64,000 bases of DNA. Source: Anaeromyxobacteraceae bacterium. GTDB lineage: Bacteria; Myxococcota; Myxococcia; Myxococcales; Anaeromyxobacteraceae. The stretch is from positions 928,001 through 992,000 of the forward strand of contig JAULAX010000015.1 in assembly GCA_032654565.1 (NCBI GenBank). Direction: 5' to 3'. Of this stretch, positions 33,172-44,601 are shown in pieces. Within the stretch, counting starts at the first letter, position 1. Each line of letters begins with the position of its first letter. The translations under genes and the position numbers were made by a program. The notes under the pieces were generated by a model, which was given only the letters and a program-made list of their open reading frames with translations, made no database searches and was not told the DNA's origin.

Positions 33172-34032
33172 ATGTCCAGGGAGCGCCGCGCCTTTCCCCG
33201 ATTTCCACTCGTCCTTTCGGTCAAGTATCTCGACGCCGACTCGGTGCTCGACTACACGGAGAACCTCTCCTCCAATGGGCTGCTGGTCCGGACCGAGCGG
33301 CAGTTCGCTCCCGGCGAGAGGACCAGCCTGGTCCTCTCCTTCCCGCAGCTGATCGATCCGGTCGAGCTGATCGTCGAGGTGATCCGCTCCGAGCCCGGCC
33401 AGGGCGACCAGCCGGGGGGCGTGGCGGTGCGGGTCCCCGACGACCTGCCGGACCACCGGGCCCGCCTGGCCGAGGTGACCCGCTTCGTGGCCAACGCCGC
33501 CCGCGCCCCGGTGCCCACCTGCCGCATCCTGCTCTGCGAGGACAACGGGCTGGTGGCCAACATGTACGCCGCCGCCCTGCGCCGCATGGCCGAGACCGAC
33601 AAGCTGGAGGGGCTGGGCGTCGAGGTGGTCAACGACGGCGCCGCCGCCTGGGACCGCCTGCTGCGGACCCCGGCCATCGACATCCTCATCACCGACGTCT
33701 TCATGCCGGCGGTCAGCGGCACCGAGCTGGTCGACCGGATCCGCTCCGAGCCGAGCATGGCCCACCTGCCGGTGGTGGTCATCACCTCGGGCGGGGAGAA
33801 GGAGCGCGAGGAGCTGGCCGCGCTCGGCGTGACCCTCTTCCTGCACAAGCCCATCAAGTACCTGGACCTCGCCGACACCGTCCGCTTCCTGCTCAAGGCG
33901 CGCCAGGGCCGGGTCACCAACCCGCCGCGCGCCGCGGTGACCCTGCCGGTGGAGCCCAACCCCAGGTCGCTGGTCGACGGGGCCGAGGGGCGCCCTGCAC
34001 CGGGCGGCACCAAGCCCACCGCCCAGGGCTGA
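33172..34032 (+). CDS. PilZ domain + response regulator receiver protein
   Basis: RAFPR (RxxxR) and NLSSNG (NxSxxG); REC motifs CEDN, TDVFMP, ITS, KP. Confidence 0.85.
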   Translation: MSRERRAFPRFPLVLSVKYLDADSVLDYTENLSSNGLLVRTERQFAPGERTSLVLSFPQLIDPVELIVEVIRSEPGQGDQPGGVAVRVPDDLPDHRARLAEVTRFVANAARAPVPTCRILLCEDNGLVANMYAAALRRMAETDKLEGLGVEVVNDGAAAWDRLLRTPAIDILITDVFMPAVSGTELVDRIRSEPSMAHLPVVVITSGGEKEREELAALGVTLFLHKPIKYLDLADTVRFLLKARQGRVTNPPRAAVTLPVEPNPRSLVDGAEGRPAPGGTKPTAQG

Positions 34033-34192
34033 CGGCCCCCGCCCCGCCCCGCCCCTCCCTCCGTCCGACCTGGCCCGCCTCCGTCCGCGGCGGGTCCCGA
34101 CGATCCGGTCGACCGGCGCCACGTGGTGGTGGCCAGCGGCCGGCGGAGCGGCTAGCCTGCTCGGATCCGTCGCACCACCCAGGAGATCGCTC

Positions 34193-34408
34193 ATGGCCGA
34201 GAAGGTGGCAGCCCACATCACCGGGACCGTGGTCCGCATCGAGAAGGCCACAGGCGACGTGGTGGCCCCGGGCGAGGCGGTGGTCATCCTCGAGTCGATG
34301 AAGATGGAGATGCCGGTGGAGGCGCTGGTGGGTGGCACGGTGCTGGAGATCCGCTGCGCGCCGGCCCAGGCCGTCAACGAGGGCGACATCCTGGTCGTGC
34401 TGGGCTGA
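34193..34408 (+). CDS. Stand-alone biotin/lipoyl carrier protein
   Basis: ESMKME biotinylation motif; 71 aa; AGGAG RBS. Confidence 0.9.
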   Translation: MAEKVAAHITGTVVRIEKATGDVVAPGEAVVILESMKMEMPVEALVGGTVLEIRCAPAQAVNEGDILVVLG

Positions 34409-34410
34409 GC

Positions 34411-35196
34411 GTGGCGCCCCGCCTCCTCATCGAGGACCGCGGGGCGGTCCGGGTGCTGGTCCTCGACAACCCGGCCAAGCGCAACGCCCTCGACTTCCGC
34501 GCCCTCGACGAGCTGGAGGCGGCCTGCGCCGCCGCCGTGGGCGACGGGGTGCGCTGCCTGATGCTGCGCGGCGCCGGCGAGGAGGCCTTCTCCTCCGGCT
34601 TCGACCTCGCCGAGATGGGCCAGGTCAACGGCCGGGGGGAGCGGCCCGACGAGGCGGTGGAGCGGGCCGCCGAGGCCCTCGAGGCGGTGACCTGTCCCAC
34701 CGTGGCCTTCCTCAACGGCCCGGCCTACGGCGGCGGCTTCGAGCTGGCGGCCACCTGCGACCTGCGGGTGGCCCGCGAGGGCATCCGGCTCGGCCTGCCG
34801 CCGGCCAAGCTGGGCGTGGTCTACCCGGAGGGCGGCCTGCGCCGCTTCCTGCAGCTGGTGGGCGGGGCCCGCACCCGGGAGCTCTTCTTCTCCGGCCGGC
34901 CCATCGACGCCAGCCAGGCCCACGCCTGGGGGCTGGTGAACCGGCTGGTGCCGGCCGAGGGGGCCGAGGCGGCGGCGCTGGCGCTGGCCGAGGAGATCGC
35001 CGCCAACGCGCCGCTGGCGGTGCGGGGGATGAAGCGGATCCTGCGGCTGCTGGAGATGGCCCACGAGCGCGGCCTCTCGCCGGCGGAGCGCGTCGAGATC
35101 GCCGAGCTGCGCCGGCTGGCCTTCGAGAGCGAGGACATCCTGGAGGGGCGGCGGGCCTTCGCCGAGCGGCGCCCCCCGAGGTTCCAGGGGAAGTGA
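34411..35196 (+). CDS. Enoyl-CoA hydratase/isomerase family protein
   Basis: [36 protein letters not shown]. Confidence 0.88.
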   Translation: MAPRLLIEDRGAVRVLVLDNPAKRNALDFRALDELEAACAAAVGDGVRCLMLRGAGEEAFSSGFDLAEMGQVNGRGERPDEAVERAAEALEAVTCPTVAFLNGPAYGGGFELAATCDLRVAREGIRLGLPPAKLGVVYPEGGLRRFLQLVGGARTRELFFSGRPIDASQAHAWGLVNRLVPAEGAEAAALALAEEIAANAPLAVRGMKRILRLLEMAHERGLSPAERVEIAELRRLAFESEDILEGRRAFAERRPPRFQGK

Positions 35197-35248
35197 GCCA
35201 GCGCTCCGGGCACGCCGACACCCGCGGCGCCGGGCACGGGACGGCCCG

Positions 35249-36292
35249 CTGACCACGCTCGCCGCCCTCGGCTTCGGCCCCTTCTTCTCCACGCAGCTCG
35301 ACCTGCCGGCCGAGGCCGGGCTGGCCCCGGCGCGGGTCCTCGTCGACCTCGGCGTCCGGCTGCTGCTCGACCTCGGCGGCGAGGAGCGCACGGCGCTGCT
35401 GCCGACGGCGCTGCACGGGGCGGCGGCGGTGGGGGACTGGGTCCTCTGCGAGCGGCTCGACGACGGCGCCGCGGTGCTGCGCCGGGTGCTGGGCCGCCGC
35501 TCGGTCCTCTCCCGGCAGGCGGCCGGGACCCCGACCGGGCAGCAGGTGCTGGCGGCCAACGTCGACCTGGTGCTGCTGGTCGAGCCGCTCGACGCCGGCC
35601 CCAACCTGCGACGGCTGGAGCGGATGCTGGCGGCGGTGCGCGCCTCCGGGGCCGCGCCGGCCGTCCTGCTCACCAAGGCCGACCTCTGCGCCGACCCGGA
35701 GGAGGCGGCGCGCCAGGTGGGCGCGGTGGCCGAGGGGGCGGCGGTGCTGGTGGTCGCGGCCAAGGCCGGCCGGGGGCTCACGGAGGTCCACCGGCTCATC
35801 GGCCCCGGGACCACCGCCGCGCTCATGGGCCAGTCCGGGGTCGGCAAGTCGACGCTGCTCAACGCCCTGCGCGGCGGCGAGGTGGAGGCGACCGCCGGGC
35901 TCGACGCCGACGGGCGCGGCCGCCACACCACCACCTGGCGGCGGCTCTGGGCGCTCCCCTCCGGCGGCTTCCTGGTGGACGGCCCCGGCATCCGCGAGCT
36001 GCAGCTCTGGTCCGGCGAGGGGGTGGCGGCGGCCTTCGCCGACGTGGCCACGCTGGCGGCCGGCTGCCGCTTCAACGACTGCACCCACGGCGAGGAGCCG
36101 GGCTGCGCGGTGCGCCGCGCCGTGGCCGACGGCACGCTGGAGGCCGGGCGCCTCGACAGCTACCTGAAGCTGGCGCGGGAGGCGGCGGCGCTGGCGGCCC
36201 GGCACGGCACAGCGGCGCGGCAGGCGGAGCGGCGGGCCGGACGGATCATGGACAAGGCGGCCCGCGACCTGCAGCGCAAGCGCGGGCGCTGA
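35249..36292 (+). CDS. rsgA: Ribosome small subunit-dependent GTPase A
   Basis: [46 protein letters not shown]; coding frame extends upstream of GTG 35429 to a CTG at 35249 (start inferred). Confidence 0.88.
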   Translation: MTTLAALGFGPFFSTQLDLPAEAGLAPARVLVDLGVRLLLDLGGEERTALLPTALHGAAAVGDWVLCERLDDGAAVLRRVLGRRSVLSRQAAGTPTGQQVLAANVDLVLLVEPLDAGPNLRRLERMLAAVRASGAAPAVLLTKADLCADPEEAARQVGAVAEGAAVLVVAAKAGRGLTEVHRLIGPGTTAALMGQSGVGKSTLLNALRGGEVEATAGLDADGRGRHTTTWRRLWALPSGGFLVDGPGIRELQLWSGEGVAAAFADVATLAAGCRFNDCTHGEEPGCAVRRAVADGTLEAGRLDSYLKLAREAAALAARHGTAARQAERRAGRIMDKAARDLQRKRGR

Positions 36293-36363
36293 GCTCACCG
36301 GGGCGGTCGGCGCCTCCGGCGCCGATCACCCGAGGTCCATGGCGCCAGGGCCGGCGGGGCCCG

Positions 36364-37773
36364 TCAGGGGAGGAGCAGGAAGCACCCGGCCATCACCGCG
36401 GTGGGGAGCAGCGCGCCGGCCAGCAGCCCCAGCGGGGCGACGCCGTCGGGGAAGTACCTGGCCAGGGCCGACTGGCCGGCCGGGTTGGGGGCGTTGGCGA
36501 TCACCGTGAGGCCGCCGCCCACCACCGCGCCGGCCACCACCGCGTACTGCAGCGAGGGGCCGAGGCCGGGCACCAGCGAGGCCAGGGTGGTGATGGCGGC
36601 GTTGTCGTTGAAGGCGGTCAGGCCGATGGCGCCGAAGAAGAGCGGCAGCTCGGAGAGGCGGGAGATCACCGGGGCGATCCACCACTGCTGGCCGGCCCCG
36701 TGGATCACCAGGCCGGCCAGGAAGAACCCCACCAGCATGGGCGGGCGCAGGTCGAGCTCCTGCTGGTGCGGCGCCGTGGCCTGCTGGAAGGCGAGGAAGA
36801 AGAGGAAGGCCCCGATGAAGACGGCCGGGGTCTCGGCGGCGTAGACGGTCAGCGCCAGGAAGGCCAGGTGGACGCCGACGATCCAGGGCGGGACCCGCTC
36901 CGGCGGCGCCGCCAGGGGCTCCCGGTCCCGGGCCGCCGCCCGGCCGGCCAGCTCGACGAACTGGGCGCGGAAGGCCAGGGCGTAGGCGGCGTTGGCGATG
37001 GCGATGCCGACCACCGCCTTCCAGCCGAAGTTGGAGATCATGAAGCCGGCGCCCCAGCCGAACTTCCCGGCCACCATCAGCACCGGCGGCGCCGCGAAGT
37101 GGGTGAGCGTGCCGCCCACCGAGATGTCGACGAAGAGCAGGCCGAGCGTGGCGTAGCGGAAGCCGGCCCGCGGCGAGAGGTCGAGGACCCGGCGCCCCAG
37201 CAGCAGGGCGCAGATGATCATGGCCGCCGGCTCGGTGATCACCGAGCCCAGCAGCGGGCCGAGGGTGAGGACCGAGAGCCACCAGGCCAGCGGCGTGCCG
37301 CCGCCGAGGCGGGCCACCGCGCCCAGCACCCGCTCGGCGACGGCCAGCACCGGGCGGGTCGAGGCGATGGCCATGATCACCACCACGAAGAGCGGCTCGG
37401 TGAAGTGGACCTCGCCGAGGAACTGCTCGGCGGCGCGGGCGCCCCGGGCGACGCCGAGGATCACCAGCAGCGGGATCACCCAGATGCCGAAGACCGCCTC
37501 GATCTCGCCGAGCACGTGGAGCAGCTCGACCCGGGCGCTGTGTCCCTCGCCGCCGCGGGCCTGGTCGAGCCGGCGCTTGAGCCGGTGGGAGGCCGCCAGC
37601 AGGCTGGGGGCCACGAAGGTGTGGAGGATGGCCAGCGCGAAGAGGGCGGCGGCCACCAGGTTGAGCGGATCCGCGGCGGCGCGGGCCGAGAGCACGGCCC
37701 AGAGCCCGAGCCCGTCCTCCCCGGTGTAGCGATCGAGCGGCAGCGGGAAGCCGTCGCCCGGGCCGGCGGTCAC
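36364..37773 (-). CDS. Putative Na+/H+ antiporter family membrane protein (DUF1504-like)
   Basis: Multi-TM; LGEIEAVFG.W, FTEPLFV, ITEPAAM, GGTLTHFAAPPVLMVA, GGGLTVIANAPNPAG. Confidence 0.75.
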   Translation of the reverse strand: MTAGPGDGFPLPLDRYTGEDGLGLWAVLSARAAADPLNLVAAALFALAILHTFVAPSLLAASHRLKRRLDQARGGEGHSARVELLHVLGEIEAVFGIWVIPLLVILGVARGARAAEQFLGEVHFTEPLFVVVIMAIASTRPVLAVAERVLGAVARLGGGTPLAWWLSVLTLGPLLGSVITEPAAMIICALLLGRRVLDLSPRAGFRYATLGLLFVDISVGGTLTHFAAPPVLMVAGKFGWGAGFMISNFGWKAVVGIAIANAAYALAFRAQFVELAGRAAARDREPLAAPPERVPPWIVGVHLAFLALTVYAAETPAVFIGAFLFFLAFQQATAPHQQELDLRPPMLVGFFLAGLVIHGAGQQWWIAPVISRLSELPLFFGAIGLTAFNDNAAITTLASLVPGLGPSLQYAVVAGAVVGGGLTVIANAPNPAGQSALARYFPDGVAPLGLLAGALLPTAVMAGCFLLLP

Positions 37774-38318
37774 GACAGCAGCCTCCGCAGCAGGAACCCG
37801 AGCAGCAGGCCGCCCCCCAGCGCCGAGAGGCCGAGGCGCAGGAGACCGGCGTGGCTCGCCTTCCCCGGCCCGGGTCGCGTGCCCGCCAGGGCGTCGCCGG
37901 CGAGGGCGGGGCCGGATGGCGCGGCGACGGCCGGGGCGCTCGGCGACGGCACCACCACCACCGGCATGGGGTCCGGCCGGGTGCTGGCCGGCAGCGGCGG
38001 CGGGGCCCCCGGCCCGGCGGTCGCCATGTCCTCGGGCAGCACCACCAGGTCGTAGTCGCCGATCTCGACCAGGTCCCCGGGGCGGACCCGCCGCTTCGAG
38101 CCGATGCGCTCACCGTTGAGCCGGGTCCCGGTGAGGCTGCCGAGGTCCTCGACGAAGATGGTGCCGTTGGCGCGGGTGAAGCGGGCGTGGCGGCGCGAGA
38201 CGTTGCGGTCGGGGAGGCGCCAGCCGACGCCGTGGGTGGCGCGGCCGACCACCATCTCGTCGGCGGTGAACGGGACCACCGTCCGCGTCCCCCCCTCGTC
38301 CTCGATCACCAGCCGCAT
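37770..38318 (-). CDS. FHA domain membrane-anchored protein
   Basis: VGR...NVSRRHA..EDLGS.TGT.LNG FHA motifs; Pro-rich linker; C-terminal TM. Confidence 0.85.
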   Translation of the reverse strand: MRLVIEDEGGTRTVVPFTADEMVVGRATHGVGWRLPDRNVSRRHARFTRANGTIFVEDLGSLTGTRLNGERIGSKRRVRPGDLVEIGDYDLVVLPEDMATAGPGAPPPLPASTRPDPMPVVVVPSPSAPAVAAPSGPALAGDALAGTRPGPGKASHAGLLRLGLSALGGGLLLGFLLRRLLS

Positions 38319-38333
38319 GCCGGGCCTCGTCCC

Positions 38334-40079
<1,746 letters not shown>

Positions 40080-40091
40080 GATCCTCCGATG

Positions 40092-40880
40092 TTACCGTGA
40101 AGCGACCGCGTAGACCACGTGCCAGGTCGCCGGGACTCCGTTCGGGCCGCCGTGGCGCCCCTGGTAGCGCCGCAGCATCTCCAGGGTGGCCCGCCGGCCG
40201 CCCAGCCCGCGGCGCCCCGGGGTGGCGTTCTGGGCCCCGATCCGCTTCAGCGAGCGGAGCAGCGCGGCCGGGTCGGCGTGGTGATCGACGTGGAGGGCCT
40301 CCTCGAGCCGGAGCCCGGTGAAGCCCGCCGACGCCAGCGCCGCGCCCACCTCACCGATGGTGAAGAAGCGGTGCAGCCGCCCCCCGGCCCCGGGGCCGGC
40401 GGCGGCGCGCCAGGCCTCGCGCAGCTCGACCAGGGTCCGCTCGGCGAAGAGGGCCAGCACCAGGCGGCCGCCGGGGCGCAGCACCCGGGCGCACTCGCCG
40501 AGGGCCGGCTCCAGCCGGGGCAGCCACTGGAAGGTGGAGCTGGAGACGACCAGGTCGAAGCGGGCGGCGGCGAAGGGGAGGGCCTCGGCGTCGGCGGCCG
40601 CCACCGCGGCGGCGGGGGCCACGGCGCGGGTGGCGGCGCACATGCCCGGGGCCAGGTCGACGGCGGCGGCGCGCAGGCCGGGGCGGGCCGCCAGCAGGCC
40701 GGCCACCAGCCGCCCGGTCCCGGCGCCGACGTCGAGCAGGTCGCGGGCGCCGGGGGCGGCCTCGGCCGCCAGGGCCTCGACCCGGGCGCGGACCAGGGCC
40801 TGGACCGCGGTGGCGCCGTCGTAGGCGGAGGCCCCGCGCGAGAAGGCGGCCCCGACCCGCGCCTTGACCACCTGGTTCAC
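40092..40880 (-). CDS. bioC: Malonyl-ACP O-methyltransferase-like SAM methyltransferase
   Basis: AFSRGA..YD..A.VQ, DVGAGTG, DAEALPF, SS.FQW, LK.IGA; adjacent to a BioH-like gene. Confidence 0.75.
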   Translation of the reverse strand: MNQVVKARVGAAFSRGASAYDGATAVQALVRARVEALAAEAAPGARDLLDVGAGTGRLVAGLLAARPGLRAAAVDLAPGMCAATRAVAPAAAVAAADAEALPFAAARFDLVVSSSTFQWLPRLEPALGECARVLRPGGRLVLALFAERTLVELREAWRAAAGPGAGGRLHRFFTIGEVGAALASAGFTGLRLEEALHVDHHADPAALLRSLKRIGAQNATPGRRGLGGRRATLEMLRRYQGRHGGPNGVPATWHVVYAVASR

Positions 40881-41680
40881 GCCGCCTCACCGGCGAAGCC
40901 CTCGAGGAGCGCCGCCACCTCGGCCGGCCGGGAGATGAAGGGGGCGTGGCCGGCGGCCGGGAAGGTGACGAGGCGGGCCGAGGGGAGCAGGGCGGCCAGG
41001 GCGTGTGCCGCCCCCACCGGGCAGATGGCGTCGGCCTCGCCGTGGAGGAGCAGCACCGGCAGGCGCACCCCCGGGAGCGCGGCGCGCAGGTCGGTGCCGG
41101 CCAGAAGGTCGAGGCCGGCCAGGGCGCACGCCAGGTCCGGGGGGGGCGCCGAGGCGGGCGAGCGCAGGGCGGCCCGCCCGGCCTCGTCGAGCTCCCCGGG
41201 CGCGAAGCAGTCGTCGAGGAAGCGGTCCTGCACCGCCGCGGGCCGGCGCCGCAGCAGGGCCGCCATCCCCTCCAGGGCGCGGGGCGGCGGCCCGTGCGGC
41301 CACTCATCACTTCTGGTGAAGTGCGGGGTGGCGCCGACCAGCGCCAGCCGCGCCACCCGGGCGCCGAGCCCGGGCAGGGCCGCCAGCGCCACCTGCCCGC
41401 CCAGCGACCAGCCGAGCAGGAGGGCGGCGCGCAGGTCGAGCGCCTCGGCCAGCGCCGCCACGTCGCCGGCCAGGTCGGCGAGCGTGAACCGGCCCGGCGC
41501 CGAGCGTCCGTGGCCTCGCAGGTCGAGCCGCACCACCCGGTGGCGGTCGGTGAGCCGCTCCGCCAGCGAGGCGAAGTCGGCGCCCGACCGCGACCAGCCG
41601 TGGAGCAGCAGCACGGGAGGTCCGATGCCCTGATCCTCATAGGAGAGGTCCGGCGCGCTGTCGGAACGGGTCAGGATCAT
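40877..41680 (-). CDS. bioH: Alpha/beta hydrolase, pimeloyl-ACP methyl ester esterase-like
   Basis: ATG 41680; LLHGW, DLRGHG, GWSLGG, HG..D, GHAPFIS; overlaps the bioC start. Confidence 0.7.
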   Translation of the reverse strand: MILTRSDSAPDLSYEDQGIGPPVLLLHGWSRSGADFASLAERLTDRHRVVRLDLRGHGRSAPGRFTLADLAGDVAALAEALDLRAALLLGWSLGGQVALAALPGLGARVARLALVGATPHFTRSDEWPHGPPPRALEGMAALLRRRPAAVQDRFLDDCFAPGELDEAGRAALRSPASAPPPDLACALAGLDLLAGTDLRAALPGVRLPVLLLHGEADAICPVGAAHALAALLPSARLVTFPAAGHAPFISRPAEVAALLEGFAGEAA

Positions 41681-41718
41681 CAGGGGTTGGCCACGATCGC
41701 AGCCCGCCCCGGGGCTCG

Positions 41719-43314
41719 TCAACCCCTGGTGGTGACCGGGGTTGACGAGGCCGGCGCCGGCGCCGGGATCCAGCTCCCGCCCTCGGCCCAGCGCGCCCGC
41801 AGCCAGGCACCCGCCGCCGGCGAGCGCCACCAGGGGCGTCCCGGGTCGAGGGCCCGGAGCTCCTCGGTGAGCCGGGCGGCGAGGAGCTGGGCGCGGAGCG
41901 TGTCGGCGGCCCGGAGCTGCGGATCCGGCTCCAGCCGCCAGGGCGGCGGCTCGTCCCGGTCGAGCGGATGGCCGAGGGCGCGCGGGGCCAGCGCGGCCCA
42001 GCGGGCGGAGGCGCCGGCAGGATCCCTGGCCCGCCCCACCTCGGCGATCACCGCGGCGGCGGCGGCGCGGGTGGCGTGGGTGCGGCGGGCGGCGCCCAGG
42101 CCGGCCTCGCGACGGGCCGCCTCGGGGGAGAGGCCGCGGAGCTGCAGCCAGTCCGGGTCGGAGGCGATGGCCTCGAAGAGGAGCCCCCAGGCCTGGGTGT
42201 GCCAGGCCGGCGGCAGGCGCCGGTCCTCGAAGGCGGCGCCCGGGGCGACGTGGACCAGGGAGAGCCCGACGCCCACCTCGTGGAGGAGGGCGCGGACGGC
42301 GTCGAGGCCGGCCAGCGGCGTCAGCGAGATCCGGACCTGGCCGGGCACGGCGATGGGCACCGCCAGCGGCCTGGGGAGCTTGCCCGGGCGGAGCGCGGCG
42401 TCGACGGTGAGCCGGCCGCCGGCCGAGAGGTCGAGGCCGAGGCCGGCGAGGAGCTCGGTCACCGCCGGGATCAGCTGGTCGGCCGGGAAGCCGGCCGGGG
42501 CGCCGCCGGTGCGGAGGAGGCGGGGCAGGTCGTGCTCGCGCAGGCGCGCCGCGGGGAGGCCGAGCTCCTGCCGGGAGAGCGCGTCGAGCGTGGCGGGCCA
42601 GGCGACGTCGCCGGCGGCCAGGGTGCGCTCGGCCAGCGCCGCCAGGTGGTCGGGGTCGTCGAGGCGCAGCGCGCCGGCCAGGGCCGGAGCCGAGGGGAGG
42701 CCGCGCTCGGCGCCGGCCTGGAGCAGGGCGGCGTCGCGGGCGGCGGCCAGCTTCTCGAGCTTGAGGAGGGCGGCGCGCCAGGCCTCGGCGGCGGCCTTGC
42801 GGCGGGGCGCCTCGGGCTCGCCGGCCAGCAGGGCGTGGAGCTGCCGCAGGGGGACGGTCCGCTTCTCCCAGGCGAAGGTGGCGCCGGCGCGGGCGGCGGC
42901 CAGCGCGTGGATGGGGCCGGCGGCGGCGCGGGCCAGCTGCTCGCCGAGCAGGAAGGCGCGGAGCCGCTCCAGCCGGGCGCGCTCGGGCGGCGGGGCGGTG
43001 GCCATGGCCTCGCCGAGCTGGGCGGTGAGGGCGACGGAGAGCAGGGCGTCGCGTCCCGCCCAGGGGGCCAGCGCATCGGCCGGCTCGCCGGTGGTCCAGG
43101 CCTTCCAGGTGGCCTCGCCCTGCGCCTCGAGGAGCGCCTCGGCGGCGGCGCGGACGGGCCCGAAGCGGTCGTCGATCGGGCCGGCGGGCGGCGCCGGGCT
43201 GGCGGTGGGGAGCGACGGCGTGGCGTCGGGCGACGGCGGCGCCGACGGGCTGGGGGAGGGGGTGGTGTGGGCGCAGCCGGCGAGCAGGACGAGGACGGCG
43301 AGGAAGGGTCTCAC
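41719..43314 (-). CDS. Lipoprotein, remote zincin (M3-like) fold with incomplete HExxH
   Basis: Lipobox LAGC; K.PRP....VP..VR and ALLHEVG segments. Confidence 0.6.
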   Translation of the reverse strand: MRPFLAVLVLLAGCAHTTPSPSPSAPPSPDATPSLPTASPAPPAGPIDDRFGPVRAAAEALLEAQGEATWKAWTTGEPADALAPWAGRDALLSVALTAQLGEAMATAPPPERARLERLRAFLLGEQLARAAAGPIHALAAARAGATFAWEKRTVPLRQLHALLAGEPEAPRRKAAAEAWRAALLKLEKLAAARDAALLQAGAERGLPSAPALAGALRLDDPDHLAALAERTLAAGDVAWPATLDALSRQELGLPAARLREHDLPRLLRTGGAPAGFPADQLIPAVTELLAGLGLDLSAGGRLTVDAALRPGKLPRPLAVPIAVPGQVRISLTPLAGLDAVRALLHEVGVGLSLVHVAPGAAFEDRRLPPAWHTQAWGLLFEAIASDPDWLQLRGLSPEAARREAGLGAARRTHATRAAAAAVIAEVGRARDPAGASARWAALAPRALGHPLDRDEPPPWRLEPDPQLRAADTLRAQLLAARLTEELRALDPGRPWWRSPAAGAWLRARWAEGGSWIPAPAPASSTPVTTRG

Positions 43315-43539
43315 TGGACGCCCATGCTACACCGCCGTTCCCGACCCAGAGTAGTTGTGTAAGGGACCCGTGAACGGCCGCGGCGCGGACCGAAGTCGCC
43401 AACCCCCTGCAGGTCCGGGTCCGCGCTTCGGCCGGCTGGACCGCGCCGCGACCAGGACAGGCCGCCGACCTCCCGCTGCGGCGAGATGACCCACGGCCCA
43501 CCACCAAGGCCGCTGCTACCCTGTCGCACCCCGCACCCC

Positions 43540-44601
43540 ATGAAGCCTCTCGCCCCGCTGAAGCGCCTGCTGCTTCACCGCGTCACCGTGGTGGCGTTGA
43601 CGCTCGCCCTCGCCGCCGCCCTGGTCCTGGCCCACGCCACCTCGACCCTCCCGGCCGCCCTCGACGCGCCGACGCTCGCCCACTTCCTCTCCCTCGACGG
43701 CCTCGACCACCTCCTGGTCTCGGTCCCCTTCGCCCTGCTGCTGCTCACCTTCCTCGCCTCCCTGCTCCTCTCCAGCTGGGACCAGGTCGCCCTCGCCGCG
43801 CGCGGTCCGCACCCGCCGCTCGATCGCCGCAGCTGGCGCCGCTGGGGAGCCGCCCTGCTCCACGCCGGCCTGGCGCTGGCCCTGGTCAGCTTCCTGGCCT
43901 ACGTCTCCACCGAGCGGCAGGGCTACCTGACGCTCACCGAGGGCGAGGAGGTCGACGCCGGCGCCCCCTGGGCCATGGAGGTGGCCGGCCTGCTGGCCCC
44001 GCCCTTCCCGCTGCCGGTCGGCGTGGCCCTGGTGGCGGTGTCGCCGGTCTTCCGCGCCGACGACACGCTCCAGGCCCTCTCCGCCGAGGTGGCGCTGCGC
44101 GACGGGGCCGGGCCGCCCCGGCGCCACCGCATCTCCCCCAACGACAGCCACTACCACTGGGGCTTCCGGCTCTACCAGCTGGGCGTCTTCGGCCACGCCT
44201 TCGCCCTCGAGGTCACCGACCCCCGGGGCGGCGCCGGGCAGGTCCTGCTGCGCCTCCCCATCCCGCGCGGCCGCGACCTGGCCGGCTACGGCACCTTCGA
44301 GGGGACGCCGTTCGGGGCGACGCTCAAGGCCAAGTACCACCTCGACCACGACCGCGTCTCCATGGACGACGCCCGGCCGCTCCTCACCATGCGCCTCGTC
44401 GAGGGCGACGCGGTGCGCGCCGAGCTGGCGCTCCACCCCGGCGAGCAGGGGACGCTGGGCGGCCACCAGGTGAGGCTGGTGGCGGTCCGCCGCTGGACCA
44501 GCCTGCTCTTCGACGCCGGGATCGGCATGACCCCGGTGCTGCTCGGCTTCGCGGTGATGGTGCTCGGCGCCGCCCTCATCTACGCGGCGAGGCCGGCGTG
44601 A
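43540..44601 (+). CDS. Cytochrome c biogenesis protein ResB/CcsB-like
   Basis: Three N-terminal TMs with LLHAG, periplasmic domain (ISPN..YQ), C-terminal TM; upstream of ccsA; start uncertain (43486 or 43540). Confidence 0.65.
   Translation: MKPLAPLKRLLLHRVTVVALTLALAAALVLAHATSTLPAALDAPTLAHFLSLDGLDHLLVSVPFALLLLTFLASLLLSSWDQVALAARGPHPPLDRRSWRRWGAALLHAGLALALVSFLAYVSTERQGYLTLTEGEEVDAGAPWAMEVAGLLAPPFPLPVGVALVAVSPVFRADDTLQALSAEVALRDGAGPPRRHRISPNDSHYHWGFRLYQLGVFGHAFALEVTDPRGGAGQVLLRLPIPRGRDLAGYGTFEGTPFGATLKAKYHLDHDRVSMDDARPLLTMRLVEGDAVRAELALHPGEQGTLGGHQVRLVAVRRWTSLLFDAGIGMTPVLLGFAVMVLGAALIYAARPA

Noticed and set aside
34193..35196. Biotin carrier + crotonase as a glutaconyl-CoA decarboxylase module for the island
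   Set aside because: No carboxyltransferase or membrane subunit is adjacent, and the GcdH here resembles the common decarboxylating type
40092..41680. Link between bioHC and pimeloyl-CoA from benzoate degradation
   Set aside because: BioC/BioH use the ACP methyl-ester route, lie 10 kb outside the island and lack the operator motif
43405..43425. caggtccgg as part of an SRP RNA
   Set aside because: The following AAGGAAGCAG of the conserved SRP loop is absent
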